Shown here piece by piece: positions 36,401 through 47,039 of a stretch of DNA of 61,155 nt; the first letter of the stretch is position 1, and every line of letters begins with the position of its first letter. The position numbers were made by a program, and so were the translations under genes. The notes below the pieces were generated by a model. That model saw nothing but the letters and a program-made list of their open reading frames with translations, made no database searches and was not told the origin of the DNA. The stretch lies in IMG/VR virus record IMGVR_UViG_3300043395_003109, positions 1-61,155 of that record; one strand, 5' to 3'. The DNA is from a virus. Lineage: Duplodnaviria > Caudoviricetes.

Positions 36401-39400
36401 CATTTCAGACTATCTCAACTTGGAATTGGTACTATAGGAGTTACAACTTCTTTTTACTATGACACCAAACAATACATTAATTTAACTTCTGTTGGTAGTG
36501 GAACACATAAGTTTAATTATCCAGAAATTCAAGTAACTGTTACTGGAAGAATTGGAGTCTCTACACTTTCTGGTCAAAACTTTGATGCAGTTCTTCAACC
36601 TGTTTTTAGTGGAGAAATTCAATCTGTATTTGTTCAGTCTGAAGGTGAGAAATATGGATCGGAAGAAATTATAAACTATAATCGGCAACCACTATTTGAA
36701 TTAAATTCCGGCTCAGGAATTCAACTAACTCCTATCATATCAAATGGGCAAATCGTTGATGTTTTAATCAATAGTCCTGGAAGTGGATATAATTCTCCAC
36801 CAACTCTTCAAATTAATGGAACTGGTGTAGGTGCAATATTGACTCCTATATTATCAAATGGATCTTTAGTTGAAGTAAAAGTAATTTATGGTGGAATTGG
36901 ATACCAATCTTTAAATACTTCGATAGATGCAATACCTGCAGGAAGTGGTGCTAAACTAGAAGCTCAAATAAAATCATGGAAAATAAATTTAGTTGAAAGG
37001 TTAATACAAAATTCTCAAATAGCAGAGGACGATGGAATATTATCATCGGGATTAAATGCTGATTATGGTTTAGAATATTCTCATGCATATGCTCCTAGAC
37101 AATTAAGATCTTCTGTTCAAGCAACAAGGTTTAGAGATGGAAAAAATGTATATGTACCAGATTTACAACTTTTAGATAACAAGGAAATTAATTCGTCTGC
37201 ACACTCTCCGATAATTGGGTGGGCATATGATGGAAATCCAATTTATGGTCCTTATGGATATACATCAAAAACTGGAGGTGCAGTAAAATGCCTGGTTTCT
37301 AGTTATCAACTATCATTAAAAGCAAATAGACCAAAAACTTCGATTTATCCTCAAGGATTTTTTGTAGAAGACTACACTTATTTTGAAAATGGTGATCTTG
37401 ATGCGAACAATGGCAGATTTGGAGTTACTCCAGAGTATCCAAATGGAGTTTATGCATACTTTACAACCATCAATCCAGGTTCAATTGAATCATCTGGTCT
37501 ATTCTCAAATTACAAAAAACCAGTCTTTCCCTATGTTATAGGACCTTCATATAAGTCTAGACCAATTGATTTTAATTTTGAAAGCGTTTCCAATCAAGAT
37601 AATATTGATATAAACCAAACTGGATGGAGAAGAAATATTAGTCCTTACAATATTTCACTATATGATTATATTTTAAATCCAAATTCAATCAAATCTCAAA
37701 ATTCAATTGTTAAAAGTATTTCTGCAGGATCTGTAGATTCTATAGGAATAGAGACCGGAGGACAAAACTATAAAGTTGGAGATAAAGTTTCCTTCAACGG
37801 ATCTTCTATACAGAGTGCTAAAGCAAAAGTCTCATTAATAAAAGGAAAACTAGTTAATCAAATTAGTGTTGCAACTTCTTCCTTTGATGATGTTCAATTC
37901 TACCCTTTTAATAGAGAATTTATTGGATTTACCTCAGTTCCACACAATTACTTAAATAATGATTTGGTAACATTTACGGGTAAATATGACTATAAGAGAT
38001 CTGGTAATATAACTGTTAATACAAATAACCTTTCTCTTACTGCAGGCGTTGGATCTGCACAATATACTGGTCTTGTTACTTACTTTAGTGTCGCAGGGAA
38101 CTTAAATTATCCCAATATCAAAGAAAATGATACATATCAAATTGGAAATGAAGATGTTAAAGTTTTAAATATTGATCTTCAATCAGCAAGAATCAGAGTT
38201 CTTCGTAATCAAAATGGAACTTCAGGAATAACTTCTTATTCTGCAGGAATTGCACTCACAGAAAAAACCAGAAAATTTAAATTGAATTTTGGAATTTCAA
38301 CCTCATATAATTTTGATATTGATAAAGAATTTTATTTTGATCCAAAAGAATCTGTTGGACTGGGAACAACTTCGGGTGTTGGAATAGTAAGTACAATTTA
38401 TTTTTCAAATCCAGGTGTGGGAGTTACTCAACTTACAATTCTTCCACAGTCCATTTATATTAAAGATCATAATTTAAACACAGGAGACTCTTTAGTTTAT
38501 TCTTCAAATGGAGGAACTAGAATATCAGTCTCTACTGATGGTTCTTCTTCTTTTGTACTTGAAGAAAAATCAATTGTTTATGTTGCGAAAATTTCCAATG
38601 ACCTTATTGGTATTTCTACAATTAAAGTCGGAGTAGGATCAACAGGTTCTTTTGTTGCTGTAGGGGTTGGATCAACACTTCAAAGTGGTATTTTATATTT
38701 TGCCTCCGTTGGTACAGGAAATACTCATAGTTTTAAAACAAATTATTCAAATACTTTATCTGGACAAATTAATAAAAACGTAGTAACTGTTTCTACTGCA
38801 GAAACTCATGGACTGTCTTTACTCGATAATGTAACAATTAATGTAAGACCAGGAATTTCTACTACATTTGCAATTAACTACAATGATTATAATAGAAGAC
38901 TAGTAGTAAATCCAAGAATTTTCTCTACAATCGATACAACAAATAGTATCATTACAATTAACAATCACAGATATTATACTGGCCAAAAAGTCATCTATAC
39001 TGCAACAACTCCTGCATCAGGACTGGTTAATCAGGGAATTTATTATGTTGTAGTAATTGATTCAAATAAAATTAAATTATCCAATTCTTATTATCAAGCG
39101 ACAAAATCTGTTCCAGAAGTTATTAATATCTTAACTTCTCAACCAGGAACTATTTCTCCAATAAATCCACCAATAAGTTTGATAAAAAATCAAACTATAG
39201 TTTTTGATCTCTCTGACACATCTCTATCATTTATTGGTGCTGGTATTACTTACTCTGCATTTGATTTTAGACTCTATAAGGATCAACAATTTAAAGAAGA
39301 GTTTAATACTACAGAATCATCAACTATTTTTGAACTAACTAAAAACGGAAATATTGGGATAGATTCAACTGCAAAGGTTACATTATCATTAAATGATGGT

Positions 39401-42400
39401 GTTCCAACCAACTTATATTATAAATTGGTTCCTATTAATTTAGATCTAAATTCTCAAATTAAAAAAGAAATTATAATTGATAGTGATATTTCAGGGTACA
39501 ATCAACTTACTTTATTAGAAAGTGGATATAATGGAAACAAAACTGTTGTAGGTGTTTCCTCTACTTCATTTAAATACAATATTTTAGAGACTCCAGAATC
39601 TAGTTTATATTTCGATGGAATAGAGTATTTTACAAATTCAAATTCAGTAACTGGTTCAATTCATCAAATTAACTTAGTAAATGGAGGAAGAGGTTATAGT
39701 TCTTTACCAGGAATTACTTCTGTTATATCGGAATCTGGAACTGGAGCAATTTTAAATCCCAATAGTAATTCTATTGGAAAAATTACTTCTACTGAAATCC
39801 AGGATATTGGATTTGAATACCCTTCAGATTACAGCATAAGACCAACATCAAAACTTCCAGAAATATTAATTCTTGATTCCTTATCAACTTTTGATTATAT
39901 TGGAATTAGTTCTTTTGGTAGAAATTATAATACTACACCAAATCTAGTAGTCATTGATGGGTTGACAAACAAAGTTATTAATGATGTTATTTTAACTTAT
40001 CGCAGAGGGGACTCTCAGGTAACTATCTTAAAAAATAGCACTGAAATTAGCAAAGCAACTCCAAAAATAATTCCAGTAAATAATTCAAATGGTGTTAAGA
40101 TTAAAAATATAACTTTTAATAATTCTACGAAAGATGTTACAGTAACTTTAGGTGCTAGTTTCAGTAATGCTCAAGACTTTCCATTTTTTGTAGGCGAACA
40201 AGTTTTAATTGAAGGTGTTACTGTTGGAATAGCAACAACAGGGAAAGGATACAATTCAGCAAATTATGACTATGCACTGTTTACTATTAAATCTGTAGAT
40301 CCAAACATTGGTGGGGTGAATGGAATTGTTACTTATAGTCTATCAAATTATATTTTAGATGGTGAAATTCCAGGTAACTTTAATAGTTTCTACTCCTCTG
40401 GAAAGATTGTTCCCAAATCACACTTCCCAGTATTTAATCCAGTCCTTAAGAAAAATAATTTTTATGAAGGAGAAGTTGTTTATTCATCTTCTGCTTCAGG
40501 AAATGTAGAATCTTGGGATCCCAATAATCAATATTTAAAGGTTAGTACTGTTGGTGATTTTAATACAAACGAAATTTTAAGAGGTGAAGCATCAGGTTCA
40601 GCAGCTCTAATTAAGAGTGTAATAACACTGGACTCTAGTTATACGGTAAGTTCATATTCTAAACTGAGAAAAGGGTGGAATACTGAAACTGGATTTTTGA
40701 ACAACAATTTCCAAAGAGTACATGATAGTGATTACTATCAATATTTCTCATATGCTCTTAAGTCTCAAAAAGATTTAGATACTTGGAATAATCCGGTAAG
40801 TAATTTAAATCATACAGCAGGATTTAAAAAATTTGGAGATTTAGTAATTGAATCAAATTCACTGTCTTCTGGAATTACAACAGAGCAAAATCTAGGTGAT
40901 TTCTCAGGAACAGCAGATTTATCAAGATTTATTGATCTTAATTGCGTGCCAGATTTTGATCTTGCAAGAGAAAATAATTTACTTATTGATGGAGTCGTTT
41001 CCTCTGATGAAATAATCTTTAATTCTAGAACTATACAGGATTACATAGAATCCATTGGCAATAGAGTTTTGATGATTGATGATATTTCATCTCAATTCAA
41101 TAGTAATCCAAGATCAACCACTTTTAGTGTTGTTGATTCCTTTATCCTTAACGATTTTAGATCTCAAAAATATTTTATTTTAGTAAAAGACCGGAAATTA
41201 ACTACCGAAGTTCAAGCCTCTCTTGTATCATTAGTTCATGATGGTAGCACTGGATTTTTGAATCAATATGGAATGTATTCCTCAAATGATTTGGGATTCT
41301 TTGATTTTAATATTACTGGAAGCGAAGGAAATCTAGTATTTTATCCAAATAAATTTAAGTTTGATGATTATTATACTGCAAATCTATCATTCTCATTAAA
41401 TGATGTGGTTAGTGGAGTTGGAACAACTGATTTGGGAGATTCTGTTCGTATTAGAACAACCACTTCTACTATATCAACTGGAACTAGCACCTCAACAACA
41501 ATCGTTGGTATTGCATCTACCTATAGATCATCAAAAGTTTTAGTTCAAATTGGTGCAACAGATTCTTCTTACTATGAATATGATGAAATTACATACATTC
41601 ATAATGGATCTGAAGTTTTCTTCATAGATTATGGCCAGATAACTACCGATAATTTACTTTCAAAATCAACCTCTGGAATAGGAACGTATAATGCATATAT
41701 TTCTGGTAATAATGTAGTAATTGATTTGATACCAAGTAGTTCCACAACAGTTGATTATGTAGTTAATACTTTTAACGTTTCCCTCGCAAACACAAGTTTA
41801 AGTGGAGTTGGAACACAAACAATTGGAGGTGCTAATCTAAACTCATCTTCCGTATCGATTGCGTCCAGCACTTCTCCAATTGCAAACATAATTTCAAGTT
41901 ATTCTAATACAACTAATGATTGCTCATACTCAATTATTAGTATTGAAGATAAAACAAATTCTCAATATCAAATTTCTGAATTTTTAACAATTACGGACTT
42001 AGTTAACAATAATTGTTACATATTAGAATTTGGAACCTTAAATTCTGGTAATTCTCTTGGAATAACAACCGCCGGTATTTTGGGTTCAACTACAAAAACT
42101 TATTTTACACCAATATCAAATATTGATGTTGATGTTAAAGTATTCCAAGTTGCACTATACTTATCAAATGAATCAAGTCAAATATTATTGACTAACGGAG
42201 GTATTCATTATGATTATGGAACTTATGTGGGAACTGATAATGATATTAAAAAGAATTTTAATTTAACTCATAAAAATGATCCCATCTTCCAAAAATATTT
42301 TGATGGAAGTAGTTCTTCTATTGTAAGAACAAATACTGATGTCATTAGAATTCCAAATCATTTCTTTGTTACTGGGGAAGAAGTTCAATATTCTTATTCA

Positions 42401-45400
42401 GGAACAGGATCGGGTTCTATTGGAATTGCAACAACTTCTATAGCAGGAATTGGAACGACCGATAAACTACCATCGACACTATATATCGTCAAAATTAATG
42501 ATCTAGATGTTCAAGTAGCATCTTCAGCATCTAATGCTCTAAAATCTATTCCCAATGTTTTGGATATAACCTCAGTTGGAATAGGAACTTCCCATATTTT
42601 CACATCAAAAAAACAAAATAACAAATCAATCATTAGTATTGATAATTTAATACAATCACCTGTAACATCAACTGCGGTTACAACCACTCTCTCAAGTAAC
42701 CTTGGACTTTTTAATTCGCAAATATCAGTTTCTGGTATTACATCAATATTTGGAGGGGATTTAATTAAGATTGATGATGAAATTATGAGAGTTACTTCAG
42801 TTGGTGTTGGAAGTACAAACTCAATTTCTGTTTTAAGACCTTGGTTAGGGACTGGATTATCAACACATACTTCTTCTGCTCTTGTTACAAAAGTTTTAGG
42901 CAATTACAATATAATTGAAAATACAATTTATTTTGATGAAGCGCCATATGGAAAAGTTCCCATTTTAAATCCATCAAATAGAGGAGATGAGATTGATTTT
43001 GTGGGAATTGCCACTGGATCAACATTTACGGGAAGAGTATTCTTAAGGTCGGGAGAAGAAGATACATCTATAGAACCTTACACCAAAAATTATATATTTG
43101 ATGACATTTCAAATCAATTTAATGGTATCGATAAAACTTTTGTTTTAAAATCTAGTGGATCAAATGTTACTGGAATATCAACTGATAATGCTATTGTTTT
43201 AATTAATAGTATATTCCAAGGACCAAATTCACCAAGCATTACTGATAATTATGATTTAGTAGAAAATGCAGGAATTACTACGATCACTTTTATTGGAAAT
43301 TCCGCTTCGTCCACTTATGATATAAACACTGCAGGTGTTCCTAGAGGTGGAATTATTCTATCAATAGGTTCTAGTCAAGGGTTTGGATATCAACCACTTG
43401 TAGCGGCAGGTGGAACTGCCATTGTATCCTCTGCGGGAACCATCCAATCAATTAGTATTGGAAACAGTGGTTCTGGTTATAGGGTTGGAATTCAAACTTT
43501 TGTACGTGTTGGAGTTAAAACTGAAAGTACTGGAATTCCGAACATTGAATTCATTGGAACTGCATCGGTTAATAATGGTCGCATAGTTAGTGTTGCTATT
43601 ACAAATCCTGGCATTGGATATACTTCATCAAATCCTCCTATTGTTGTTTTTGATTCTCCATTATCATATTCCAATTTACCTTTAGTTTATAGTTCCCAAT
43701 CATCTGGTATTGGAACTGGTGCTATGGTAGATATCGTTGTTGGACAAGGATCTAGTGTGATTTCATTTGAATTGAAAAACTTAGGTTATGGTTATAAACA
43801 AAACGATATCTTAACAGTTTCTATTGGAGGAACTGCTGGAATTCCTACAGATACTTCCTTAAGTTTTTCAGAATTTGAAATCTCTGTTGATAAAATTCAG
43901 TCTGATAACTTTGCTGCTTGGTCAGTCGGAAGACTTCAAGTAATAGATCCATTAGATAATTTATTTGATGGGAACAGAAAAACTTTCCCAATTCTTATAG
44001 ATGGAAATCAGACGACAATTAGGTCTAAGAAAGGATCAAACATTGATGTTCAAGCAACCCTATTAGTCTTTATCAATGAAGTTCTTCAAATCCCAGGAAA
44101 AGGATATACCTTCAGTGGAGGAAGTATTATAAGATTTACAGAAGCTCCAAAAGAAGGTGATACTTCAAAACTTTTATTCTATAGAGGAACTGGAGATTTA
44201 GATACACAAACTGTAGATATATTAGAGACAATTAAAGTTGGTGATAGTGTAACACTAAAAGATGATACGCCTCTTCTAACACAGGAAGGAAGAGTTGTAA
44301 CTGAAATTACTTCTTCCGATGTGATTAATACCAATCTTTATCCTGGTCCAGGAGTAACTGAAAATGAAACATTACTTAGACCATTAACATGGTGCAGACA
44401 AACCGAAGATATAATTGTAAATGGATCTTATGTGGGTAAAGACAGAACCATTTATGAACCTTATGTCCAACCAAGCACAAACATCATTCAAAATGTGAGC
44501 ACCGCATCTACAGAAATTTTTGTAGAGAGTGTTAAATCATTCTTTGATAGTGAAAGAGAATACGTTCATGATGGGACAACGGAAAAACCACAAAATAAAA
44601 TTCTGATTATATCTCAAGATACCATAACATCTGCTGCCGCTACTACTGTAGTTTCTTCTTCAGGAACTGTTTCTTCGATTGTTATTTCTGATGGCGGAGT
44701 TGGATATTCAACCACACCTACGATAACAATCGCAGCTCCAATTGGTTTTGGAACTACTGCTGCACAAAATACAGCAAAGGCATCTGCAACTATATCTGGG
44801 GGAGTTGTAACAGGAATTGCAGTAACAGTTGCTGGACTTGGTTATTCATCATCAGAACCACCTTCTATTTTAATTGAATCACCTGTATTTAAATATGAAA
44901 TTATAGATAGAATTTCTTATGAGGGTGACTTTGGAGTAATTACTGGAATTAAGACTACCACTGTTGGAGTTGCATCAACTGGAATTGTATTTGATTTCTT
45001 TATTCCCAATAATTCCCCCCTAAGGGATGGGAGTAGTGTAAAGGTTGGTGTCGCAACGACTGGAATTAGTGGAATTCAGACAGGTTACTATTTTGTAGTG
45101 TCCAAATCAAACGTCGGAAAAGGACTCACATCACTCAATTTATCTGGTGGCGCTGTGGGCGTAGGAACAACATTCATAGACAATATCTATCAAGTCGCTG
45201 CAGTATCAATCGCACAAACTGCAGTGCCAGGTGTTGGTATTACTAATGTTGCTAAAGTTACAGTAAGTGTCTCTGGATATAATGGTTTAACGGGTCTTGG
45301 ATTCAGTGGTTTCTATGGTGAATATAGTTGGGGAAGAATCTTAACACCAGTTCGTTCTACATCAGAACAGTTTACAACATATGCAAATACAGGCGGAATT

Positions 45401-45463
45401 TCAACTTCACCAATAGTCCAAAGATATAATAGATTGAAGTACATTGGTTATTCAACCTCATAA
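33497..45463 (+). CDS. gp7: giant baseplate wedge initiator gp7-like protein
   Basis: 3988 aa between gp6 and gp8; FYSSKGT...SFKILF; HDSDYYQYFSY...HTAGFKKFG; many GxGY beta repeats. Confidence 0.8.
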   Translation: MTETRIKISSIVENQLPQFVLEEFPLVSEFLSQYYISLESQGNVSDILQNIDQYIKVDQLTNLVESTVLTSDVTFFDSTINVSSTAGFPNSYGLLLIDSEIITYTSKTPTTFEGCIRGFSGVTSYKIKDELTFTETESQEHIASATVTNLSILFLKEFLIKVKKQVTPGFEERELYSELNENLFIKQSIDFYSSKGTDNSFKILFGALYGQEVEVIKPRDYLIQPSDAQYRITSDLVVEEIEGNLENLVNTTIYQKNSDDEIIAQGTVSKVEKIRRGSKNYYTLSLDSAYNNDIGANGTVYGNFVIHPKTKTILTTLSGSNTLDVDSTVGFPKTNGNITIDLENGTSLNITYTSKTLNQFFGCEGINQDIPESTEIKINEFAYGNFSTNTIKFRILGVLSDVNVPGNTIFYSKDDTIKIKTLGIDLKDYKANNWFFNIPVKYEVKSIELLDNSDKSYRVNLYDDHFFKIGNSVSLLSSSGIEYTGFVVSFINEKSFSIQLGSKSDLLDTNLLYFARKNVTKVFSENYPSVNQYTSNVQNIYYENSKSLYVSSPSLPTYLNQTLKINDRSTSFSGSFSGTTLEIGKHGFYTGDSIVYKPTSTNTLGISTGVYFIKKISDTQVKIARSRNNIFTENFVSVGGTVTNARFELTDFTYRDLSTQLLESQKLIRKIATPENDGNTYETHPGLTGIFVNGVEVLNYKSKDNVYYGPIEKIIPIAPGSGYDIINPPVVTITDPVGTGAVANCSVVGGLKRIDIVDPGFDYLEDPKINITGGNGSGAVAVAKLISFDHSISFNSQGSAGLVKLNPTNTIGFSSHHKFRDAEEVVYVTDGQSSIVGGISTISGLSTNSTYYVSVQDAFNIKLHKSFEDAVAGINTFQITSYGIGNHSFKSKNKKKKIGSIIVENSGVNYQNKLTATSISGINTALNVVTITDHGYQSGEIIVYNATETPVGGLSSNTSYYVTKVDDNHFRLSQLGIGTIGVTTSFYYDTKQYINLTSVGSGTHKFNYPEIQVTVTGRIGVSTLSGQNFDAVLQPVFSGEIQSVFVQSEGEKYGSEEIINYNRQPLFELNSGSGIQLTPIISNGQIVDVLINSPGSGYNSPPTLQINGTGVGAILTPILSNGSLVEVKVIYGGIGYQSLNTSIDAIPAGSGAKLEAQIKSWKINLVERLIQNSQIAEDDGILSSGLNADYGLEYSHAYAPRQLRSSVQATRFRDGKNVYVPDLQLLDNKEINSSAHSPIIGWAYDGNPIYGPYGYTSKTGGAVKCLVSSYQLSLKANRPKTSIYPQGFFVEDYTYFENGDLDANNGRFGVTPEYPNGVYAYFTTINPGSIESSGLFSNYKKPVFPYVIGPSYKSRPIDFNFESVSNQDNIDINQTGWRRNISPYNISLYDYILNPNSIKSQNSIVKSISAGSVDSIGIETGGQNYKVGDKVSFNGSSIQSAKAKVSLIKGKLVNQISVATSSFDDVQFYPFNREFIGFTSVPHNYLNNDLVTFTGKYDYKRSGNITVNTNNLSLTAGVGSAQYTGLVTYFSVAGNLNYPNIKENDTYQIGNEDVKVLNIDLQSARIRVLRNQNGTSGITSYSAGIALTEKTRKFKLNFGISTSYNFDIDKEFYFDPKESVGLGTTSGVGIVSTIYFSNPGVGVTQLTILPQSIYIKDHNLNTGDSLVYSSNGGTRISVSTDGSSSFVLEEKSIVYVAKISNDLIGISTIKVGVGSTGSFVAVGVGSTLQSGILYFASVGTGNTHSFKTNYSNTLSGQINKNVVTVSTAETHGLSLLDNVTINVRPGISTTFAINYNDYNRRLVVNPRIFSTIDTTNSIITINNHRYYTGQKVIYTATTPASGLVNQGIYYVVVIDSNKIKLSNSYYQATKSVPEVINILTSQPGTISPINPPISLIKNQTIVFDLSDTSLSFIGAGITYSAFDFRLYKDQQFKEEFNTTESSTIFELTKNGNIGIDSTAKVTLSLNDGVPTNLYYKLVPINLDLNSQIKKEIIIDSDISGYNQLTLLESGYNGNKTVVGVSSTSFKYNILETPESSLYFDGIEYFTNSNSVTGSIHQINLVNGGRGYSSLPGITSVISESGTGAILNPNSNSIGKITSTEIQDIGFEYPSDYSIRPTSKLPEILILDSLSTFDYIGISSFGRNYNTTPNLVVIDGLTNKVINDVILTYRRGDSQVTILKNSTEISKATPKIIPVNNSNGVKIKNITFNNSTKDVTVTLGASFSNAQDFPFFVGEQVLIEGVTVGIATTGKGYNSANYDYALFTIKSVDPNIGGVNGIVTYSLSNYILDGEIPGNFNSFYSSGKIVPKSHFPVFNPVLKKNNFYEGEVVYSSSASGNVESWDPNNQYLKVSTVGDFNTNEILRGEASGSAALIKSVITLDSSYTVSSYSKLRKGWNTETGFLNNNFQRVHDSDYYQYFSYALKSQKDLDTWNNPVSNLNHTAGFKKFGDLVIESNSLSSGITTEQNLGDFSGTADLSRFIDLNCVPDFDLARENNLLIDGVVSSDEIIFNSRTIQDYIESIGNRVLMIDDISSQFNSNPRSTTFSVVDSFILNDFRSQKYFILVKDRKLTTEVQASLVSLVHDGSTGFLNQYGMYSSNDLGFFDFNITGSEGNLVFYPNKFKFDDYYTANLSFSLNDVVSGVGTTDLGDSVRIRTTTSTISTGTSTSTTIVGIASTYRSSKVLVQIGATDSSYYEYDEITYIHNGSEVFFIDYGQITTDNLLSKSTSGIGTYNAYISGNNVVIDLIPSSSTTVDYVVNTFNVSLANTSLSGVGTQTIGGANLNSSSVSIASSTSPIANIISSYSNTTNDCSYSIISIEDKTNSQYQISEFLTITDLVNNNCYILEFGTLNSGNSLGITTAGILGSTTKTYFTPISNIDVDVKVFQVALYLSNESSQILLTNGGIHYDYGTYVGTDNDIKKNFNLTHKNDPIFQKYFDGSSSSIVRTNTDVIRIPNHFFVTGEEVQYSYSGTGSGSIGIATTSIAGIGTTDKLPSTLYIVKINDLDVQVASSASNALKSIPNVLDITSVGIGTSHIFTSKKQNNKSIISIDNLIQSPVTSTAVTTTLSSNLGLFNSQISVSGITSIFGGDLIKIDDEIMRVTSVGVGSTNSISVLRPWLGTGLSTHTSSALVTKVLGNYNIIENTIYFDEAPYGKVPILNPSNRGDEIDFVGIATGSTFTGRVFLRSGEEDTSIEPYTKNYIFDDISNQFNGIDKTFVLKSSGSNVTGISTDNAIVLINSIFQGPNSPSITDNYDLVENAGITTITFIGNSASSTYDINTAGVPRGGIILSIGSSQGFGYQPLVAAGGTAIVSSAGTIQSISIGNSGSGYRVGIQTFVRVGVKTESTGIPNIEFIGTASVNNGRIVSVAITNPGIGYTSSNPPIVVFDSPLSYSNLPLVYSSQSSGIGTGAMVDIVVGQGSSVISFELKNLGYGYKQNDILTVSIGGTAGIPTDTSLSFSEFEISVDKIQSDNFAAWSVGRLQVIDPLDNLFDGNRKTFPILIDGNQTTIRSKKGSNIDVQATLLVFINEVLQIPGKGYTFSGGSIIRFTEAPKEGDTSKLLFYRGTGDLDTQTVDILETIKVGDSVTLKDDTPLLTQEGRVVTEITSSDVINTNLYPGPGVTENETLLRPLTWCRQTEDIIVNGSYVGKDRTIYEPYVQPSTNIIQNVSTASTEIFVESVKSFFDSEREYVHDGTTEKPQNKILIISQDTITSAAATTVVSSSGTVSSIVISDGGVGYSTTPTITIAAPIGFGTTAAQNTAKASATISGGVVTGIAVTVAGLGYSSSEPPSILIESPVFKYEIIDRISYEGDFGVITGIKTTTVGVASTGIVFDFFIPNNSPLRDGSSVKVGVATTGISGIQTGYYFVVSKSNVGKGLTSLNLSGGAVGVGTTFIDNIYQVAAVSIAQTAVPGVGITNVAKVTVSVSGYNGLTGLGFSGFYGEYSWGRILTPVRSTSEQFTTYANTGGISTSPIVQRYNRLKYIGYSTS

Positions 45464-45466
45464 ATA
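45459..45466 (+). promoter_or_regulatory. T4-type late promoter
   Basis: CATAAATA before gp8. Confidence 0.65.
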
Positions 45467-45482
45467 GATAAAAAACGGTAAA

Positions 45483-47033
45483 ATGTCTGCAATTATAACT
45501 GACCAATTAAGAATTTTGAATGCGAAGAATTTTGTTTCAGCAGCAACTTCTTCTTCTAATTCTTATTATGCTTTTGTTGGTTTAACTAATGCAACGGATT
45601 ACTCTTCTGGTTGGGAAAGCAATCCACCATCCCCCAAAGATAGTTTTGATCAAGAGAATGATTATTGGGATACAATGGTTGCACTAAAAAAAATTAAAGC
45701 ATCCGATGTAAATCAGGTAATTAGAAAAACAACTTGGTCTTCTGGAACTACTTATGACATGTATCGTCACGATATTAGTAGATCCAATACATCAAAGCCA
45801 TCTGGAGCAACTAGTTTATATTCTGCAGATTATTATATTGTCAATAGTGATTATAAAGTTTATATTTGCCTTCAAAATGGCACTGATCCCGAAAACCCAA
45901 ATGGAAGACCATCTCTCGATGAGCCAACTTTCACCGACTTAGAACCAAAATCTGCAGGAGACAGTGGTGATGGATACATTTGGAAATATCTGTATACAAT
46001 TAAACCAAGTGAAATTATAAAGTTTGATACAGTAAACTTTATATCTGTTCCAAAAAATTGGGAAACGAGCACAGAGAATGCAGCAATTAGAAATAATGCG
46101 GCCGCTTCAAACAATCAACTTAAAATAATCACAATTACAAATCGTGGTGTTGGACTAGGTACAGCAAATAGAACTTATACAAATATTCCAATTAAAGGCG
46201 ATGGAACTGGCGGAAAAGCAACAATTGTAATTAATAATGACTCTAAGGTAGAATCCATTACTGTTTCTTCTGGTGGAGATGGATATACTTATGGAACTAT
46301 AGATTTGGTTGGAGGTAACGTTCCAACTGGAACAACTACACCAACTTTTGATGTAATTATTCCACCAAAAGGAGGACATGGAGCAGATATTTACAGAGAA
46401 TTGGGTGCTTATAATGTTTTAATTTATTCTAGAATTGAAAATGATTTAGAAAATCCGGATTTTATCACTGGCAATAAAATTGCTAGAGTTGGAATTGTAG
46501 AAAATCCACAGGCATATAATTCAACATCACTATTAGATGTGGATAAAGCAAGTGCAGTTTATGCGTTAAGACTTGCAGGAACTGGATATGATACCGCTAC
46601 TTTTACCACAAATTCAAGATTTACTCAAACTATCAGTACAGGCACAACCGCTGTTGGTAGAGTAATTTCTTATGATCAAAATACTGGAGTTTTAAAGTAC
46701 TGGCAGGATAAAAGTCTTGCCGGATTTAACACTGACGGATCTCAAAATGCTTCTCCAACTTATGGTTCCAACTTAAATAGGTTTACAAGTTCCGTTGGCA
46801 CTGGAGGAACAACAATTATAACAGGCACCAGTCTCTATATCGATACATCTTTCACTGGTGTGTCTACCTCGATAAATAATAGGACATATAATCTTGGACA
46901 GTCTTTTATTAGCGGTGTAGCAAATCCAGAGGTTAAAAAATACTCGGGAAACATTGTTTACGTAGATAACAGACCTTCGATCACTAGATCCTCAAATCAA
47001 AAAGAAGATATCAAAGTCATTTTGCAATTCTAA
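45483..47033 (+). CDS. gp8: baseplate wedge subunit gp8
   Basis: VYICLQNG...DGYIWKYLYTI...YVDNRPSITRSSNQKEDIKVILQF. Confidence 0.92.
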   Translation: MSAIITDQLRILNAKNFVSAATSSSNSYYAFVGLTNATDYSSGWESNPPSPKDSFDQENDYWDTMVALKKIKASDVNQVIRKTTWSSGTTYDMYRHDISRSNTSKPSGATSLYSADYYIVNSDYKVYICLQNGTDPENPNGRPSLDEPTFTDLEPKSAGDSGDGYIWKYLYTIKPSEIIKFDTVNFISVPKNWETSTENAAIRNNAAASNNQLKIITITNRGVGLGTANRTYTNIPIKGDGTGGKATIVINNDSKVESITVSSGGDGYTYGTIDLVGGNVPTGTTTPTFDVIIPPKGGHGADIYRELGAYNVLIYSRIENDLENPDFITGNKIARVGIVENPQAYNSTSLLDVDKASAVYALRLAGTGYDTATFTTNSRFTQTISTGTTAVGRVISYDQNTGVLKYWQDKSLAGFNTDGSQNASPTYGSNLNRFTSSVGTGGTTIITGTSLYIDTSFTGVSTSINNRTYNLGQSFISGVANPEVKKYSGNIVYVDNRPSITRSSNQKEDIKVILQF

Positions 47034-47039
47034 AGAATT

